From positions 87,738,799 through 87,802,798 of the forward strand of contig NC_058132.1 of assembly GCF_016433145.1 (NCBI RefSeq): 64,000 nucleotides of DNA, read 5' to 3'. The notes beneath the pieces were generated by a model, which was given only the letters and a program-made list of their open reading frames with translations, was not told the DNA's origin and searched no databases. Positions within the stretch are counted from its first letter, which is position 1, and every line of letters begins with the position of its first letter. Position numbers and translations under genes: made by a program. The stretch comes from Gracilinanus agilis. Taxonomy: Eukaryota. This document shows positions 1-12,660 of this stretch, piece after piece.

Positions 1-240
1 TTGGGCTCTTTGGGTTTATCATACACTGTCTTGCTGATGTCATTAACCCCAAGTCTATTCCACTGATCCTCCTCTCTGTCTCTTAGCCAGTACCATACTG
101 TTTTGATGACTGCTGCTTTATAGTATAGTTTAATATCTGGTACTGCTAGGCCCCCTTCCTTCACATTTTTTTCATTATTTCCCTTGATATTCTTGATCTT
201 TTGTTATTCCAAATGAAATTTGTTATAGTTTTTTTTTTCT
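1..240 (-). mobile_element. L1 ORF2 3' fragment (marsupial L1), antisense
   Basis: T-rich antisense L1 ORF2-type text (ctattccactgatc...agccagtacca...gttttgatgactgctgctttatagtatagttt). Recognised by eye; boundaries approximate. Confidence 0.8.
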
Positions 241-277
241 AATTCAGTAAAGAAGTGCACTTTTAAACACACATTTT

Positions 278-807
278 GACCACTACTGGGTCTGTACCGC
301 AAAAAAGATATTAAAGGGGAAAGCATTTACTTGTACAAAAATATTTATAGCTTCTCTTTTTGTAGTGGCAAAGAATTGAAAATGGAGGGAATGTCCATCA
401 ATTGAGGAATGTCTAAACAAATTGTGGTACATGTTGGTGATGAAATACTTTTGTGCATAAGAAATGATAAACAGGATGATTTCAGAAAAAGCTGAAAAGA
501 TCCACATGAACTGATGCAAAGTGAAATAAGCAAAATCCGGACAACATTGTACACAATAATAGTAATATTGGATGATGATTATCTGTGAAAACTTAGCTAC
601 TCTTAGCAATGCAATGATCTGGGACAATTCTGAAAGACATATGACAGGAAATGTTGTCCACCTTCAGAGAAAGAATTGCTGGAGTCATCCTTCACATCAG
701 TGTATTTATGGTTTTATTTTGAGGTTTTAGCTATGTATGTGTGCTCTTACAACAATGACTAACATGGAAGTGTGCATTGCATGACAATAAAAATAAAATA
801 AAATAAA
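278..807 (+). mobile_element. L1 3' end (end of ORF2 plus 3' UTR) with A-rich tail
   Basis: cactactgggtctgtacc...tgtacaaaaatatttatagc...gtggcaaagaattgaaaatggagggaatgtccatcaattg is marsupial L1 3' sequence; ends in aataaaaataaaataaaataaa. Confidence 0.8.
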
Positions 808-880
808 GCAAATAGGATGGGTCCAGGGAACATGCTAGGAAAAATTTTAGTAAGGAGCACCTTTAGAAATGCTTTGTAGA

Positions 881-1060
881 GGGGCAGCTGGGTAGCTCAG
901 TGGAGTGAGAGTCAGGCCTAGAGACAGGAGGTCCTAGGTTCAAACCCGGCCTCAGCCACTTCCCAGCTGTGTGACCCTGGGCAAGTCACTTGACCCCCAT
1001 TGCCCACCCTTACCACTCTTCCACCTATAAGACAATACACCAAACATTAAGGATTAAAAA
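881..1060 (+). mobile_element. Young SINE1_Mdo-type SINE with 13-bp TSD
   Basis: ggggcagctgggtagctcagtgg (A box)...ggttcaaacccggcc (B box)...A tail; TSD aaatgctttgtag at 867-879 and 1061-1073. Confidence 0.92.
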
Positions 1061-1534
1061 AAATGCTTTGTAGGGGTGTATGTCTTTTCAACTGGGTTTT
1101 GAATGACACCTTAGAAAAATGACTAATTTTTGGTGATAACTGGCCCAGGAAAATAAAGTGGCTAACAACTCATAAACATTTAATCCATTTTTACCAAGTG
1201 ATAACTCCATTCAGAATCTGTGTAAAGTGTTTTCCTACCTAGGTATAAATATATTGACCATCTCTCATCTGAGAAAAAAATTTCAGAAAAGTATGAGAAT
1301 GAAATAATAAATTACTATTATCATTAAAAAATTTTTGGTTCAGGTTCTAAAATAGTTTTTTTTCTCTACCTGAACAATAATCCACAAAATGCTGACTATA
1401 AAAGAATAACAGAATAACTTGTCCAAGGATTGTTTTCCTCTGAAGGCCATTTAAAAATGAAAAAAAAAATTATGTTAGTAAGAGTAACATAGTAGTTCAC
1501 ATTTATATAATTCATTAAGATTTAAAGTGGACTT

Positions 1535-1768
1535 TTTTTTAAACCCCTAACTTTTGTTTTATTTTGTTTTATTTTTTAATGTAATTTTCATTTTAGAGTC
1601 AATACTTGTGCTTTGGTTCTAAAGCTGAAGATCAGTAAGGGTTAGGCAGCGGGTATTAAGTGAATTGTTCAGGGTCACACAGCTGGGAAGTATCTGAGGC
1701 CAGATTTGAACCCAGGACCACTGGTCTCTAGGTCTGACTCTCAATCCAGGAAGCAATCGAGTTGCCCT
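1535..1768 (-). mobile_element. SINE1/SINE2_Mdo-like SINE, antisense
   Basis: T-run tail ttttttttaaacccc, core cagggtcacacagctgggaagtatctgaggccagatttgaacccagg, ending ...ttgcccc. Confidence 0.75.
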
Positions 1769-2379
1769 GACAATGCCCTTTCATATATTATCTTATTTGA
1801 TCCTCATATCAACTCTATGAGGTAGTCGCTCTTATTAATATCATGCATTCAAACATACACAATAAACCGAGACAAACATGTGCATGGAAATATTTGAAGT
1901 ACATACTGCAACATATAAACACAAATAAAAATCACACAACACACAAGGTAATATTACTCTCTCAAAAAAAGGAAACAGCCCTGAGTTTGTACTCAGTGGT
2001 ACCTAGTTTGAATTAGGATTCCCCTATATATTTCTTCTGAAGCCTTGGACAAGACATCTTACCCCTTTGGGTCAGTTTCCTCGTTTTTAAAATTAGAGAA
2101 TTGGGCAAGATGACCTCTAAGGTCAATTCTAGATCTAAATTTAAATCCTTGGCTCTTTTGGACACACACTGACACACTTCCTGATACTCAGTGACACCCA
2201 AATATATTCTTGGAGTCTGAGGATTCCTACACTATCCAGTAAGCAACCACAATTTGGGGATGTCTAAAGCTCTTTCCTCAGGATGCTGACAGATTCTGGC
2301 CCAGGAAGATGGATATCTTTCAGGGACCCAGTTATCTCCACCCTCTGGTTCCTTTGAGCCATGATAGATGCAGAAGCAA

Positions 2380-2594
2380 ACGAACGGTTAATTTGGCTGA
2401 TTTCTTGTGTCCTGAACTCCCAAGGGTTTCCAGGGATATAGCTGGCTCAGCGCTAATTTATTTCTGCTCATATACCAGGGAATAAGGAAGCATAAATAGC
2501 CCCGTGCCTGCCCTCTCCTTACAGTGTAGTTATATGCTCCATCCGAGTTTCCATCCTCCGATCCTGTACCAGATCCAGGACCTCATAGGTAAGA
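2380..2594 (+). promoter_or_regulatory. Putative OR52H1 promoter and non-coding first exon
   Basis: EBF (O/E) site TCCCAAGGG 2418-2426, further EBF-like TTCCAGGGA 2428-2436 and TACCAGGGA 2473-2481, homeodomain cores TAATTT 2389 and 2454, TATA-like CATAAATA 2491-2498, donor AG|GTAAGA at 2589. Confidence 0.6.
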
Positions 2595-3477
2595 GCTATC
2601 AGATAGTCTTTAAAAAAAAAAAAAAAAGTCTAAAAGCAGAGCTAGCATTCAGGCCCTCAGTCGACATCTCGAAATAAGAGAAGACAGATCCAGTCTTTAC
2701 TTCTGCCAACTGCCTCTGGTTTCTTTTTTTGCCATCAGAATTCCAGAGAAATATCTGTGGCATAAGCAACAGGGAGCAGAGAACAGAGAAGCCCAGTTGG
2801 AAGAGGACGGAGACTCTCAGCTACACTCTAATAAGGAATAGGAGATGGATAAGCAAGTATAGGAAAAAGAGTCTGGGTTTTATTCAGTGGACAGAGGTTC
2901 ACATCCTTCTTGTTTCTAGTTCCCTGCCTGACTTTAGACCAATTCCATCTGTAAAATGAAGAAATTGAATCAGAATCTTAGACTTTCTTCTTGCTCAGAG
3001 TACTGATTCTTCTTTCCTGAATCTTTAGGTACTAGGCTTAGGTGTGTTTTTAGCATGTATTTAGAACTATATATTTACTCACATATACAGTATATATGGT
3101 ATGTGTGTGTGCATGTATGTGTGTGATGCATGAATACAAAAACATTCTGGTAAATGTTTAATAGCTGGATCCAACAGAAAAAATGCACATACGGCACACT
3201 TTTAATCAAGGCATGACATCCTTCACTTTATTTCCTTCATGGGCATTTTTATTGTTTATGCGATATGTTTCTTCAGGTATGACATGAGGAATATGGAAAT
3301 ATGCATTACATAAAATATCCTGATATAACCTATACAAGTCTATTTACTGCCTTGGGGAGGAAGGGATGAAGTGCTTAAGGGAGAGAATCTGAATCACAAA
3401 ATGTCAGAAAATAATTGCCAAAAATTATTTCTACATGTAATTGGGGAAAAAAGAATTCAATTTAAAAAATCTCATGG

Positions 3478-3536
3478 GGGATTTCCGGGTTAAGATGGCG
3501 GCAGAGTAAAAAGCAGTTCTTAACCTCTCCTGACTG
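3478..3536 (+). mobile_element. 59-bp L1 5'-end-only insertion with 14-bp TSD
   Basis: gggatttccgggttaagatggcggcagag... resembles the first bases of marsupial L1 (YY1 motif AAGATGGCG); flanked by aaaaaatctcatgg at 3464-3477 and 3537-3550; TTT|AAAAAA target. Confidence 0.75.
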
Positions 3537-3869
3537 AAAAAATCTCATGGAGAAGAGGAATTAATTTTGTTCTTTTAGGAACAAGATGAGAGTGGGAAAA
3601 CAACTGAGTTTCAAAGGCAGATTTAAGGTTAAATATGGAAAAACTACCTAATAATTTATGATGTCCAAAGATAGAATGGATTGCCTTAGGAAGTAGTGAG
3701 TTCCACATTGCAAGAGGTCTTGTAGGTGGTTGAATGACGATTTATTGGGGATATTTTGAAGTAGATTTTTTTCTGTTGTTGGATTAAATTACCTCTGAGG
3801 ACCCTTCCAACTATTTTTAAAATTAAGTGAGGCTTACTTGTGGACTGAGGTAAGGAAGCAGGTGTGCCA

Positions 3870-4255
3870 TTATCTTTTTTTTTACCTCTTTTTCAAGTTT
3901 ATTCCCTCTCTCTTTCTTTGTCTCTATCGCTGTTTCTCTGTCTCTCAGTCTTTGTATCTATCTCTGGCTGCCTCTTTCTCTGTCTCTATCTTCCCTCATT
4001 CTTTCTTCTTTTTTTCTTTTTCTTTTTTTAGTCAACCTCTGTCTCTGTCCAACTAGCTGTATCTGTCTATCTGTCTGTCCCATCTATCTCTATTTCCTCT
4101 TTTTTCTGTCTTCCTCCTCCTCCTCCTCCTCCTCCTCCTCTTCCTCTTCCTCCACCTCCTCTTTATCACATCTCTATTCTTTACATATCTATCTCTTTTT
4201 CGCTTACCCCCCAAACATTGTCTCTCTCCCCCTTCTACTTTTTCTTTACTCTTCT
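3870..4255. repeat. CT-rich low-complexity tract including (CCT)n at about 4111-4160
   Basis: Seen directly; gives the spurious poly-Arg ORF 4053-4280. Confidence 0.9.
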
Positions 4256-4910
4256 CCAAATTTGGAGGAGGAAATGGCAAAATCCAGAAAGTTATAGGCT
4301 GAATATGGTTGGGGAAGCTTTCCTTGGACTGGGAAACTTATTCCTATATATAAACCAGGGACTTTTACAGACTGGACAAGTGACTAGGGGACTTGGACTG
4401 AGAACTTGTGACTAGTGCTTGAAGAGACAATGAGAGGTTTCTACATGTGGATGTCTTATGTGAGCATTAATTATCTATTTATATATTCCAGGTACTGTGC
4501 TAAATCCTGGGGACACAAATCTAAGATAAAATATACTTCTTTCCCTCAAAAAGTTTATACATTAATAGAGAAAGAGAAGAAAAGATGTCCTAGGGCAAAA
4601 GGTGAATAATACTTACTTCAAGATCTTGAGAAAAGAATGAGCCAATAAAGGTAAGAGACAAAGAGAATAAGTTGAAATGTAGTGATGGCAGTGCCAAGAG
4701 AGGGGGCAAATGAGATAGTAATATTACTGAAGGGAATAAATGAGAAAATATGAAGAAAGTATAATAAATATTTTGAAGAGTCAATTATAGTTTGGATTGG
4801 AATTGGGGGTAAGTTTAAATGAACTGGAGTCAAGAATAACCTACTTGGTCATAATTATAGGTAATTATGTTTGTTTCCAGGGCATTCGGGCTATCAAAAA
4901 CCAAATCATA

Positions 4911-5858
4911 ATGGTCACATTTAACTTGAGTGGCTACAACCCAGATATCTTCATCCTGGTGGGGATTCCAGGGCTAGAACAGTTCCACATCTGGATTGGC
5001 ATTCCCTTCTGTGCCATTTACCTCGTGGCTGTAGTGGGAAACTCAATCTTGCTGTACCTCATTATCATGGAGCGCAGCCTCCATGAGCCCATGTTCTTCT
5101 TCCTCTCTCTCTTGGCTTCCACTGATCTGGTGCTGTCCACAGCTGGTGTTCCCAAGACCCTCAGCATCTTCTGGTTTGGAGCCAAGGAAATCACCTTCAC
5201 TGGATGCCTCACTCAGATGTTCTTCCTTCATTACAGCTTTGTTTTAGACTCAGCCATTCTTTTGGCCATGGCATTTGACCGTTATGTGGCCATCTGTTCC
5301 CCACTGAGATATACCACCATCCTGACTCCACAAGCCATCATCAAGATCATAGTAGGCATCTGCTTTCGTAGCTTCTGCATCATTCTTCCAGATGTTTTCT
5401 TGTTGAAGCGCCTGCCCTTCTGCCAGACACGCATCATCCCTCACACATATTGTGAACACATTGGTGTGGCCCGCCTCTCCTGTGCTGACATCTCCATCAA
5501 CATCTGGTATGGCTTTGCTGTGCCCATTATGACTGTAATATCAGATGTAGTATTGATTGCTGTCTCTTACACACTTATCCTCCATGCTGTCTTCCGCCTC
5601 CCATCTCGTGATGCCCGTCAGAAAGCATTAGGTACCTGTGGTTCTCATGTCTGCGTCATCCTTATGTTTTACACACCAGCCTTCTTCTCCATCCTTGCCC
5701 ACCGATTTGGGCACAATGTTTCCAGAACCTTCCACATCATGTTTGCCAACCTCTACATAGTAATCCCACCTGCCCTCAACCCTATTGTCTATGGAGTGAA
5801 GACAAAGCAAATAAGGGACAAGGTCATCATCTTGTTCTCTCCAAAAGGAACCCAGTGA
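4911..5858 (+). CDS. OR52H1: Class I olfactory receptor OR52H1 orthologue, 315 aa, single coding exon
   Basis: OR motifs NLS sequon, FILVGIPGLE, LHEPMFFFL, MAFDRYVAICSPLRY, HTYCEH, KALGTCGSH, PPALNPIVYGVKTKQIR. Very close to the recalled human OR52H1 (e.g. HRFGHNVSRTFHIMFANLYIVIPPALNP). Acceptor tttgtttccag ends at 4880, so ATG 4911 is the start, not the ORF-track TTG at 4797. Confidence 0.92.
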   Translation: MVTFNLSGYNPDIFILVGIPGLEQFHIWIGIPFCAIYLVAVVGNSILLYLIIMERSLHEPMFFFLSLLASTDLVLSTAGVPKTLSIFWFGAKEITFTGCLTQMFFLHYSFVLDSAILLAMAFDRYVAICSPLRYTTILTPQAIIKIIVGICFRSFCIILPDVFLLKRLPFCQTRIIPHTYCEHIGVARLSCADISINIWYGFAVPIMTVISDVVLIAVSYTLILHAVFRLPSRDARQKALGTCGSHVCVILMFYTPAFFSILAHRFGHNVSRTFHIMFANLYIVIPPALNPIVYGVKTKQIRDKVIILFSPKGTQ

Positions 5859-6721
5859 CCTGTAACTGTGAATCAGGAGCAGTGATTAAGGAGCTACTAG
5901 TAAGAAACTTCATTGCAGAATAGCCATTTATTAGTTGTTCGATCCTACCTAATAATATGAGCTTTCAATCAAAGAACATTTTAAATTTTCTCTCAGACTA
6001 CAGATTCCCTAAGAGGTAGGGATTCCATACAGTCCAATTCAATTTAATTCATCAGTCTTCTTTTATTCACCTGGCTAAGGTGTTCCATAGCACTGGACCA
6101 AGGACATAATAAAGATTCAGTGAATTATATGCTAAATACTTCTGAAGTAAATAAATAAATGATATTGACTGAGTGGTGGATCTTCAGAAATGGCAAATCC
6201 TTTCTGGCAGAATGTCAAATGCATGGTTATCTTTTGATAGTAGCAAATGACTACAAAGAACCTGGAATTAGCAAAAATTGAAGAGGAGTAATCTGATTCT
6301 TTCTTGGGCTCTATTTCTTCCTCTTCATTAACCCTAAGATCTTTCTTCTCTTTAAAGCATATAGTCTTTGGGTTCTGTATTCATTCCCCTAGCGTCCATT
6401 CATTCTCATCATTTAAGGTTCCCTTTATGCAAATACTTCTTAATCTCTATATCTCACTTTGACATCTCACTTGAGTTCCAATATCACAGCTTAGTTGCTA
6501 AGGATATCACATTAGAAGTATACTTTAGTGGAATCAAACATTGAATTTATAATAAACAAACAAAACCCTCAAATCTATGTTCAGTTTTTGACTCTACTAG
6601 TTATTATCTTAGCAATCTTAGAAAAGTTTGTGAAATTCCTTGGTTCTGGCCATCACCACTTATTAAAAGAGGGGTTAGACTAGATGATTTCAGATTTTCT
6701 CTCTAAATTCCATAATCTTCT

Positions 6722-7260
6722 AAGAAAGAGGGAAAGGATTCACATGTACAAAAATATTTAGACTAACTTATTTTTTATGATAGAAAAGAATTGGACACTA
6801 AAGGGCTGCCCATTAATTGAGGAATAGATGAACAATTGTATTATGTGAATTTAAGGGAATACCTCATGATTGGTATATGCTATGAGAAATGTTTTTTAAA
6901 AAATGTTTTCAGAGAATTCTGAGAAGACTTTAATGAAATGATGACAAAAAATGAACAAAACTAGGAGAATTTATACAATAAAACATCATTGTGAAGACAA
7001 ATAATTTTGAAACTCCTAAGAACTCTGATCAATGCAATGACCAAATATCATTCCAGGGGATTGAGAACAAAGTATGATAATCATATCCTGACAAAGATGT
7101 GGACTCAGGGTGCAAAATGAAATATTTTTTGGATATCAATGTTGTGGAGTTTATTTGACTTCACTATGCAACCTTTTTACAAAGTGTTTTATTTCCTTTT
7201 TTAAATGATGGGAAACATAAGGCTAAGAAAATCACTATTTAATGTGAAAAAATAATTTAA
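6722..7260 (+). mobile_element. Old L1 3' fragment
   Basis: Degenerate copy of the same L1 3' sequence as 278-807 (catgtacaaaaatattt...tagaaaagaattggacactaaagggctgccc). Confidence 0.65.
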
Positions 7261-7499
7261 AAAATAACCAAAATGAATTCTGTTATCTTTACTTGGATTT
7301 CAGGCTATCATCTCAAATTCATCAAGTCTAAAAATAAAAACCATATGTCCCAAAAAGTCTTTCTCTTATTCTCAGCTTCTTAATTTCTATTTCCCACTCA
7401 ACTGAATTCAGCAATGGGAAATCAAAAAGTAGTATTAATCTATAGCTGCTATGGTTCTCTTTGCCATTCTATGTTCCCTACCTCATAAATCCCATAGCA

Positions 7500-9150
7500 A
7501 CTTTAAAAATCAATTTTCTTGATGCCTTTGTTTTACATTAATTACATTTCCCACTGTATTCTTCATCCTACATCATCCCAGAGAGCCATGCCTTATAATA
7601 AAGAAAAATAATAATAAATAACATTTATTTAGTATCTAACATGCTAAAAACAATGCTAAGCACTTTGCAAATATTCTTTCATTTGTTCCTTGCAGAAACC
7701 ATGGAAGGCAGATGACATTATTACCTCTATTTTATAATCAAGGAAACTGAGGCAAACAGAAGTTAAGTGATTTGCCCAGGGTCACACAGCTAGTAAATAT
7801 GTATCTGAGGCAGGATTTTATTTCATGTCTTCTTAACTCCAGGTCCAGTGCTTTTCACTGTGCCACCAAGTTGCCTCCTAATCAAAATTAATCAAGAGAT
7901 TTAGAAAGTGTGATGATATATACAATGTTCCACACCCATAGACCCCTCCTTTGCAAAGAAAAGAAGGAGATGTATTCTCATATCTCTTATTTGAGGATAA
8001 ACAGTCATCATAACTTCATAGATTTCAATTTTCATTATTGTTGGAATATTTACAAGACTGTAACCATGATGTATTTTGCTTTTCTAGTTCTATCTCATTC
8101 TGAATCAGTTCATATTGATGTTTTTATTTTTTGTGTTCATGTTTATTGTTTTGTAAAACAATAATCCATTATATTAATGTATCACACTTTGTTTAGCTTG
8201 CAATTCTGCAGTTAACAAACATCCATTTCATTTCAGATTCTTTGCTGCCACTAAAAGTGCTGCCATAAAGATATTGGAGTTTTTACTTTGTTATTGATTT
8301 TCTAAAAGTATATGCCTAGCAGTAGAATCTCTAGGTTAGAGAACATGGATATTTTAATCATTTTCTTTGCATTTTTTGGCATAATTGGAAAAAACCTTTA
8401 AAACTGATTACAATTCCACTAATAAAGTCTTTGCATTTCCATTTACTCTTCTTTTTTCCCCAGTTTGATAGTGTGAGGTAAAACTTCATATTTTTCTCTG
8501 ATTTGTATTTCTCTTATTATTTGTGATTTGGAGCATTTTCTTCTATAGTTGTCAATGTGCAATTCTAATTTTGTGAAATGTTTGTTCCTGTCCTTTGATC
8601 ACTTATCTGTTGGGGAAAGATTTTTGGTTTTTGATATTTTTAAATTTTCTACATGTCTTTTTATTGGGCCCTTATGAGAAATATCTGACATACAGATAAT
8701 CTTCTTAATCACATACTTCTATTATATGAGTTGTATTAATTTTATTCATAATAATTAATAATAGCTAAGAAGAAGATTCATCTTCTTGAGTTCAAATTTG
8801 GTCTCAGACACTTACAGTGTGACCATGGAAAGTCACATAACCCTGTTTGCTTCAGTTTCCAAATCTATAAAATGATGTGAAGAAGGAAGTGGTAAAACAT
8901 TCCAATATCTTTGCCAAGAATGACAAATAAGGCCATATAGAGTCAAATGATTAAAAAAACATCTGAAAATTACATTTATATAGTGCTTAATATGTGCTAG
9001 GAAAGCACCTTATAAATATCCTTTTTAAGGAAATAGAAGAATTTATTTAAAATATAATCATATTGTTAAAATACTATAAAATTTTGTCTTCCAAAGCAAT
9101 ATATATTCTAACCACAGTTCAAAAGATCTAGCCTGACCTATATCCTATGC

Positions 9151-9189
<39 letters not shown>

Positions 9190-10720
9190 CCCAAACACCA
9201 CTCAGGAGGAGTAGGACCAAAGCTAACTTGTCCCTTTGAGATCTACAAAAAACTCCTGCATTTTGATATATGTAAATAACTCTTTGTACTCACTTTAGGA
9301 AAATTAAATCTTCAAATATCTGTTGCTGCTGGTACTGACAAGTGAAATAAATCTAATTTGTTAGTGCTCCTATTTTTCCACATCCCCTCCAAATTTTGTC
9401 ATTTTGCCCTTTTATTATCATTTTAGCCAACCTGATAAGTGTGAGATGATATGTCAGCATTGTTTTAATTTTCATTTCTCTAATCAATAATGAATTAGAG
9501 CATGTTTTCACATAATTTTATGTAGCTTTGACTTCATGGGTTGATCCTCACAACAATCTGGAAAAGGTGTTATTTTTTACCTCCCTTTTACATATATGGT
9601 GAAACTGAGACTGGCAACAGTTAAGTGACTTGCCCCAAGGCCATACAACTAGGAAGTGTTTGAAATCATCTTTGAACTCAAGACTTCCACTGTAACACCT
9701 AACTGAAACTGCAAAAACTCTTCAATTGAATTCATCAAATTTATCTTTGTTCTTTTCAAATGGACTTTATCCCTTCTTTAGTTAAGAATCCAAACACTTT
9801 CCAGAGCTGAGTGATATTGTTAGTTGTTAGTTTCTCTTCTAGTTTTTGTTGGTTGGTTGTTTGTTTTCAGAAATGATCTTAATATTCAGGTCAAAAATCC
9901 ATTTTCAATTTATTGTTGGCATAATATATTAGTTTAAACCTAATTTCCACCAGACTACTTTCCAATTTTTACCAGATCTTATCAAATAGGAATTTTTTGT
10001 TCTAGGAAATTTCTGGTTTTGGATTTATTGAACATGGTAATTGTGTTCAGTTTTTCAGTTTCTTTCTTGTTAGCTACGTGTTACAGCAGAAAGAGCTTTG
10101 GATTAGTCAGGAAGTTGTCTTGAAGATTTGAGTTCAAATTCAACTTCAGACACTTACTTATTAGGTGTATGTGGGTGATCATCAGCAAATCACTTAACCT
10201 TTGCCTGACTCACATTCTTCAACTGTAAAAAAGTAACACTTATCTTCCAGAGTTGTTGTGAGGTTTAAATGAGATATTTGTAAAACATTTAGTCCAGTGC
10301 CTGGCATAGGTGATAAATGCTTGTTTCCTTCATTCCAGTCAAGTCTGTTCCATAGGTCTACTTTTCTTTTTCTTAAATACTAAATGTTTTCGATGATTGA
10401 TGTTACATAATAGATAATTTGAGGTACGAAATTTTTTTCATAATTTCCTTTGACATTCCAAATTTTTTTGTTTTTCCAAATGAATTTTATTATAATTTTG
10501 CCAGCTCAATGAAAGATCCCTTTATTGGTATAGTGCTAAATCTCCAAATTAATTTTGGTAGTATTTACTATTCATATTACAAGAATATGATCTCACCATA
10601 AACATAAAATATTCTTCCAGACAATTAAATTTTTTATTTCCTTAAGGAATATTATCTAACTTTAGCTATATATTGGGGGTGTTTCATTCCTAGGTATTTT
10701 ATGGATTTTACATTATTTTA
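7500..10720 (-). mobile_element. Fragmented old L1 (antisense) interrupted by MIR/MAR1 SINEs and an (ATT)n tract
   Basis: Antisense L1 ORF2/3'UTR text (ggtaaaacttcat...gtatttctcttattatttgtgatttggagcatttt; ataagtgtgagatgatat...cattgttttaattttcatttctctaatc) with SINE cores near 7640-7880, 8770-8960, 9540-9700 and 10090-10320. Confidence 0.65.
9152..9189. repeat. (ATT)n microsatellite
   Basis: Perfect ATT run seen directly. Confidence 0.97.
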
Positions 10721-10824
10721 AATGTGGCCTAAGTTTCAGTTCCCTCATTTTAAAAATGGAATGATAAATCTTGCACATATCACTCACAATTGCTTCCCCT
10801 AGCAATTGTCTGGCCAAATGCCAA

Positions 10825-11064
10825 AACTAGTTAGATAGAGTAAGTGTAAATTGAACTGCTGATCTAAAGTCAGGAAAACCTGAGTTCAAATTTAGCCTCA
10901 GGTACTTACTAGTCATGTCACCCTGGATAAGTCATTTAACCCTGTTTGCCTCAGTTTCCTCATCTATAATGAGCTGGAGAAAGCAACGACCAGACACTCC
11001 AGCATCTTTGCCAAGAAAACCCCAGATGGGGTCATGAAGAGTCAGACAGAATTGAACAACCACC
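10825..11064 (+). mobile_element. MAR1-type CORE-SINE
   Basis: CORE cctgagttcaaat...aagtcatttaaccctgtttgcctcagtttcctcatct followed by the RTE-derived tail atctttgccaagaaaacccc...ggggtcatgaagagtcagac. Confidence 0.8.
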
Positions 11065-11542
11065 AGGAGGAGAGGCTCTGCATTATCCTTTCCTGATTAG
11101 CCCCTCAACCTAGTGCCTACAGACCTTTGGCTGCCTCCCTGTGCTGACCATCTGGAGAAATGTGATTCCTTTTTGGATTTCCTCATCACTGCTTGATGTG
11201 ATATTCTCTCTAGGTCTTTTTCAGAATGGTTGTGGGGAAAATCTGGACTATATTGCTTCTGCCTTCTCTACATCTTCACTGGTCTCTTCCCCAGTTGAAT
11301 TTAATAGAACTGGCAGTGAGAAAAAATGGTTTCCATTGTCTTCTTTTGTGGAAACCGAGGACACAGATAAACAATAATATCAATGAGAACCATTCCTACC
11401 TGGAAGTAAGGATAAAAAGGGTTCAGTAATGGAACACCAATGAAAAAGAATTGCTAGTGAAGAGTAATAAAGTAATAAAGCACAAGATGGTGAAACAAAG
11501 GAATAAAAAAAAAAGTTCTCTTTTCTGGTACTCTACCCAAGG

Positions 11543-11778
11543 NNNNNNNNNNNNNNNNNNNNNNNNNNNNNNNNNNNNNNNNNNNNNNNNNNNNNNNNNN
11601 NNNNNNNNNNNNNNNNNNNNNNNNNNNNNNNNNNNNNNNNNNNNNNNNNNNNNNNNNNNNNNNNNNNNNNNNNNNNNNNNNNNNNNNNNNNNNNNNNNNN
11701 NNNNNNNNNNNNNNNNNNNNNNNNNNNNNNNNNNNNNNNNNNNNNNNNNNNNNNNNNNNNNNNNNNNNNNNNNNNNNN
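11543..11778. other. Assembly gap (N run)
   Basis: N run seen directly. Confidence 0.99.
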
Positions 11779-12184
11779 TAATGGAGGAGAGAGGGAGGGA
11801 GAGAGAATGAGAGAAAGAAAGGAGAGCATAAGAAAAAGGAGAGGAGAAGACAGGACAACCAATCCCACTTTTAAATGTCTGTTATAAAAACATTATTTCT
11901 TTAAATTTAGCCATGATCTACTTCATTAAGACGTCTATCTATCACAGCATTATGTGGTGGATTGAATGTCTAGACTAGGAACTAGAAAGACCTGAATTAT
12001 TACCTTGCCTCAAATACTAAATATATCAGTTTGGGAACTTAATCTCCTTCTCAGACTGTTGCCTCACTTGTAAAAAATGAAGATAACAATAGCACCTGCT
12101 TCACAGATTTGTCATGAGATTCAAATAAAACACTCTTTCTAAAGCATTTTAGGAAATGTTAAGTGTTGAATAAATATCAGCTAT

Positions 12185-12660
12185 TATTTTGTTCACAGCT
12201 CTGCTCAGTGGAACAAAGTAGAGCAAATATAGCCCTTCAAATATTTAAAAATATTTATCATGCCCTTCCCCCACTTTTCCCCAGACTAAACATTCCCAGT
12301 TCCTTAAAGTGACTCTTGTATGATATAAACTCAAGGCCATTCACCATCCTGGTTGCCCTCCTCTGGAAGCTATCTTTCTTGTCAATATCTTCCCTAAAAA
12401 TGTAATGGTCAGAACTCAGCATAATGCTCCAGATATGGTCTGACCAGAGTAGAGTATCAGCATTAAAATCTTTTAGCTTTCTGAGCTGCCATATCTCGTT
12501 GGCAAGCCATATTAAGCTTGCAGTTAACTTTTTAAAAATATCTTTTCCAGATAACCTGTTATATAGTTATATATTTACCAGTTTAATATTTATGAAGTTG
12601 ACCTTTGAATCTTTAGAGAACTTAATTTAATCTATTTCTATTATTATTCTAACTTTTTAG
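12185..12660 (-). mobile_element. CR1/L3 LINE fragment, antisense
   Basis: ccagactaaacattcccagttcctt...accatcctggttgccctcctctgga...ctccagatatggtctgaccag is typical antisense CR1/L3 ORF2. Confidence 0.7.

Noticed and set aside
4053-4280. Poly-Arg ORF on the minus strand
   Set aside because: Translation of a (CCT)n/CT microsatellite.
4797-4910. N-terminal extension of the OR52H1 ORF from TTG 4797
   Set aside because: Lies upstream of a splice acceptor at 4880; homology starts at ATG 4911.
11451-11868. ORFs spanning N runs (also 17924-18261 and 21227-21547)
   Set aside because: Open only because N bases contain no stop codons.
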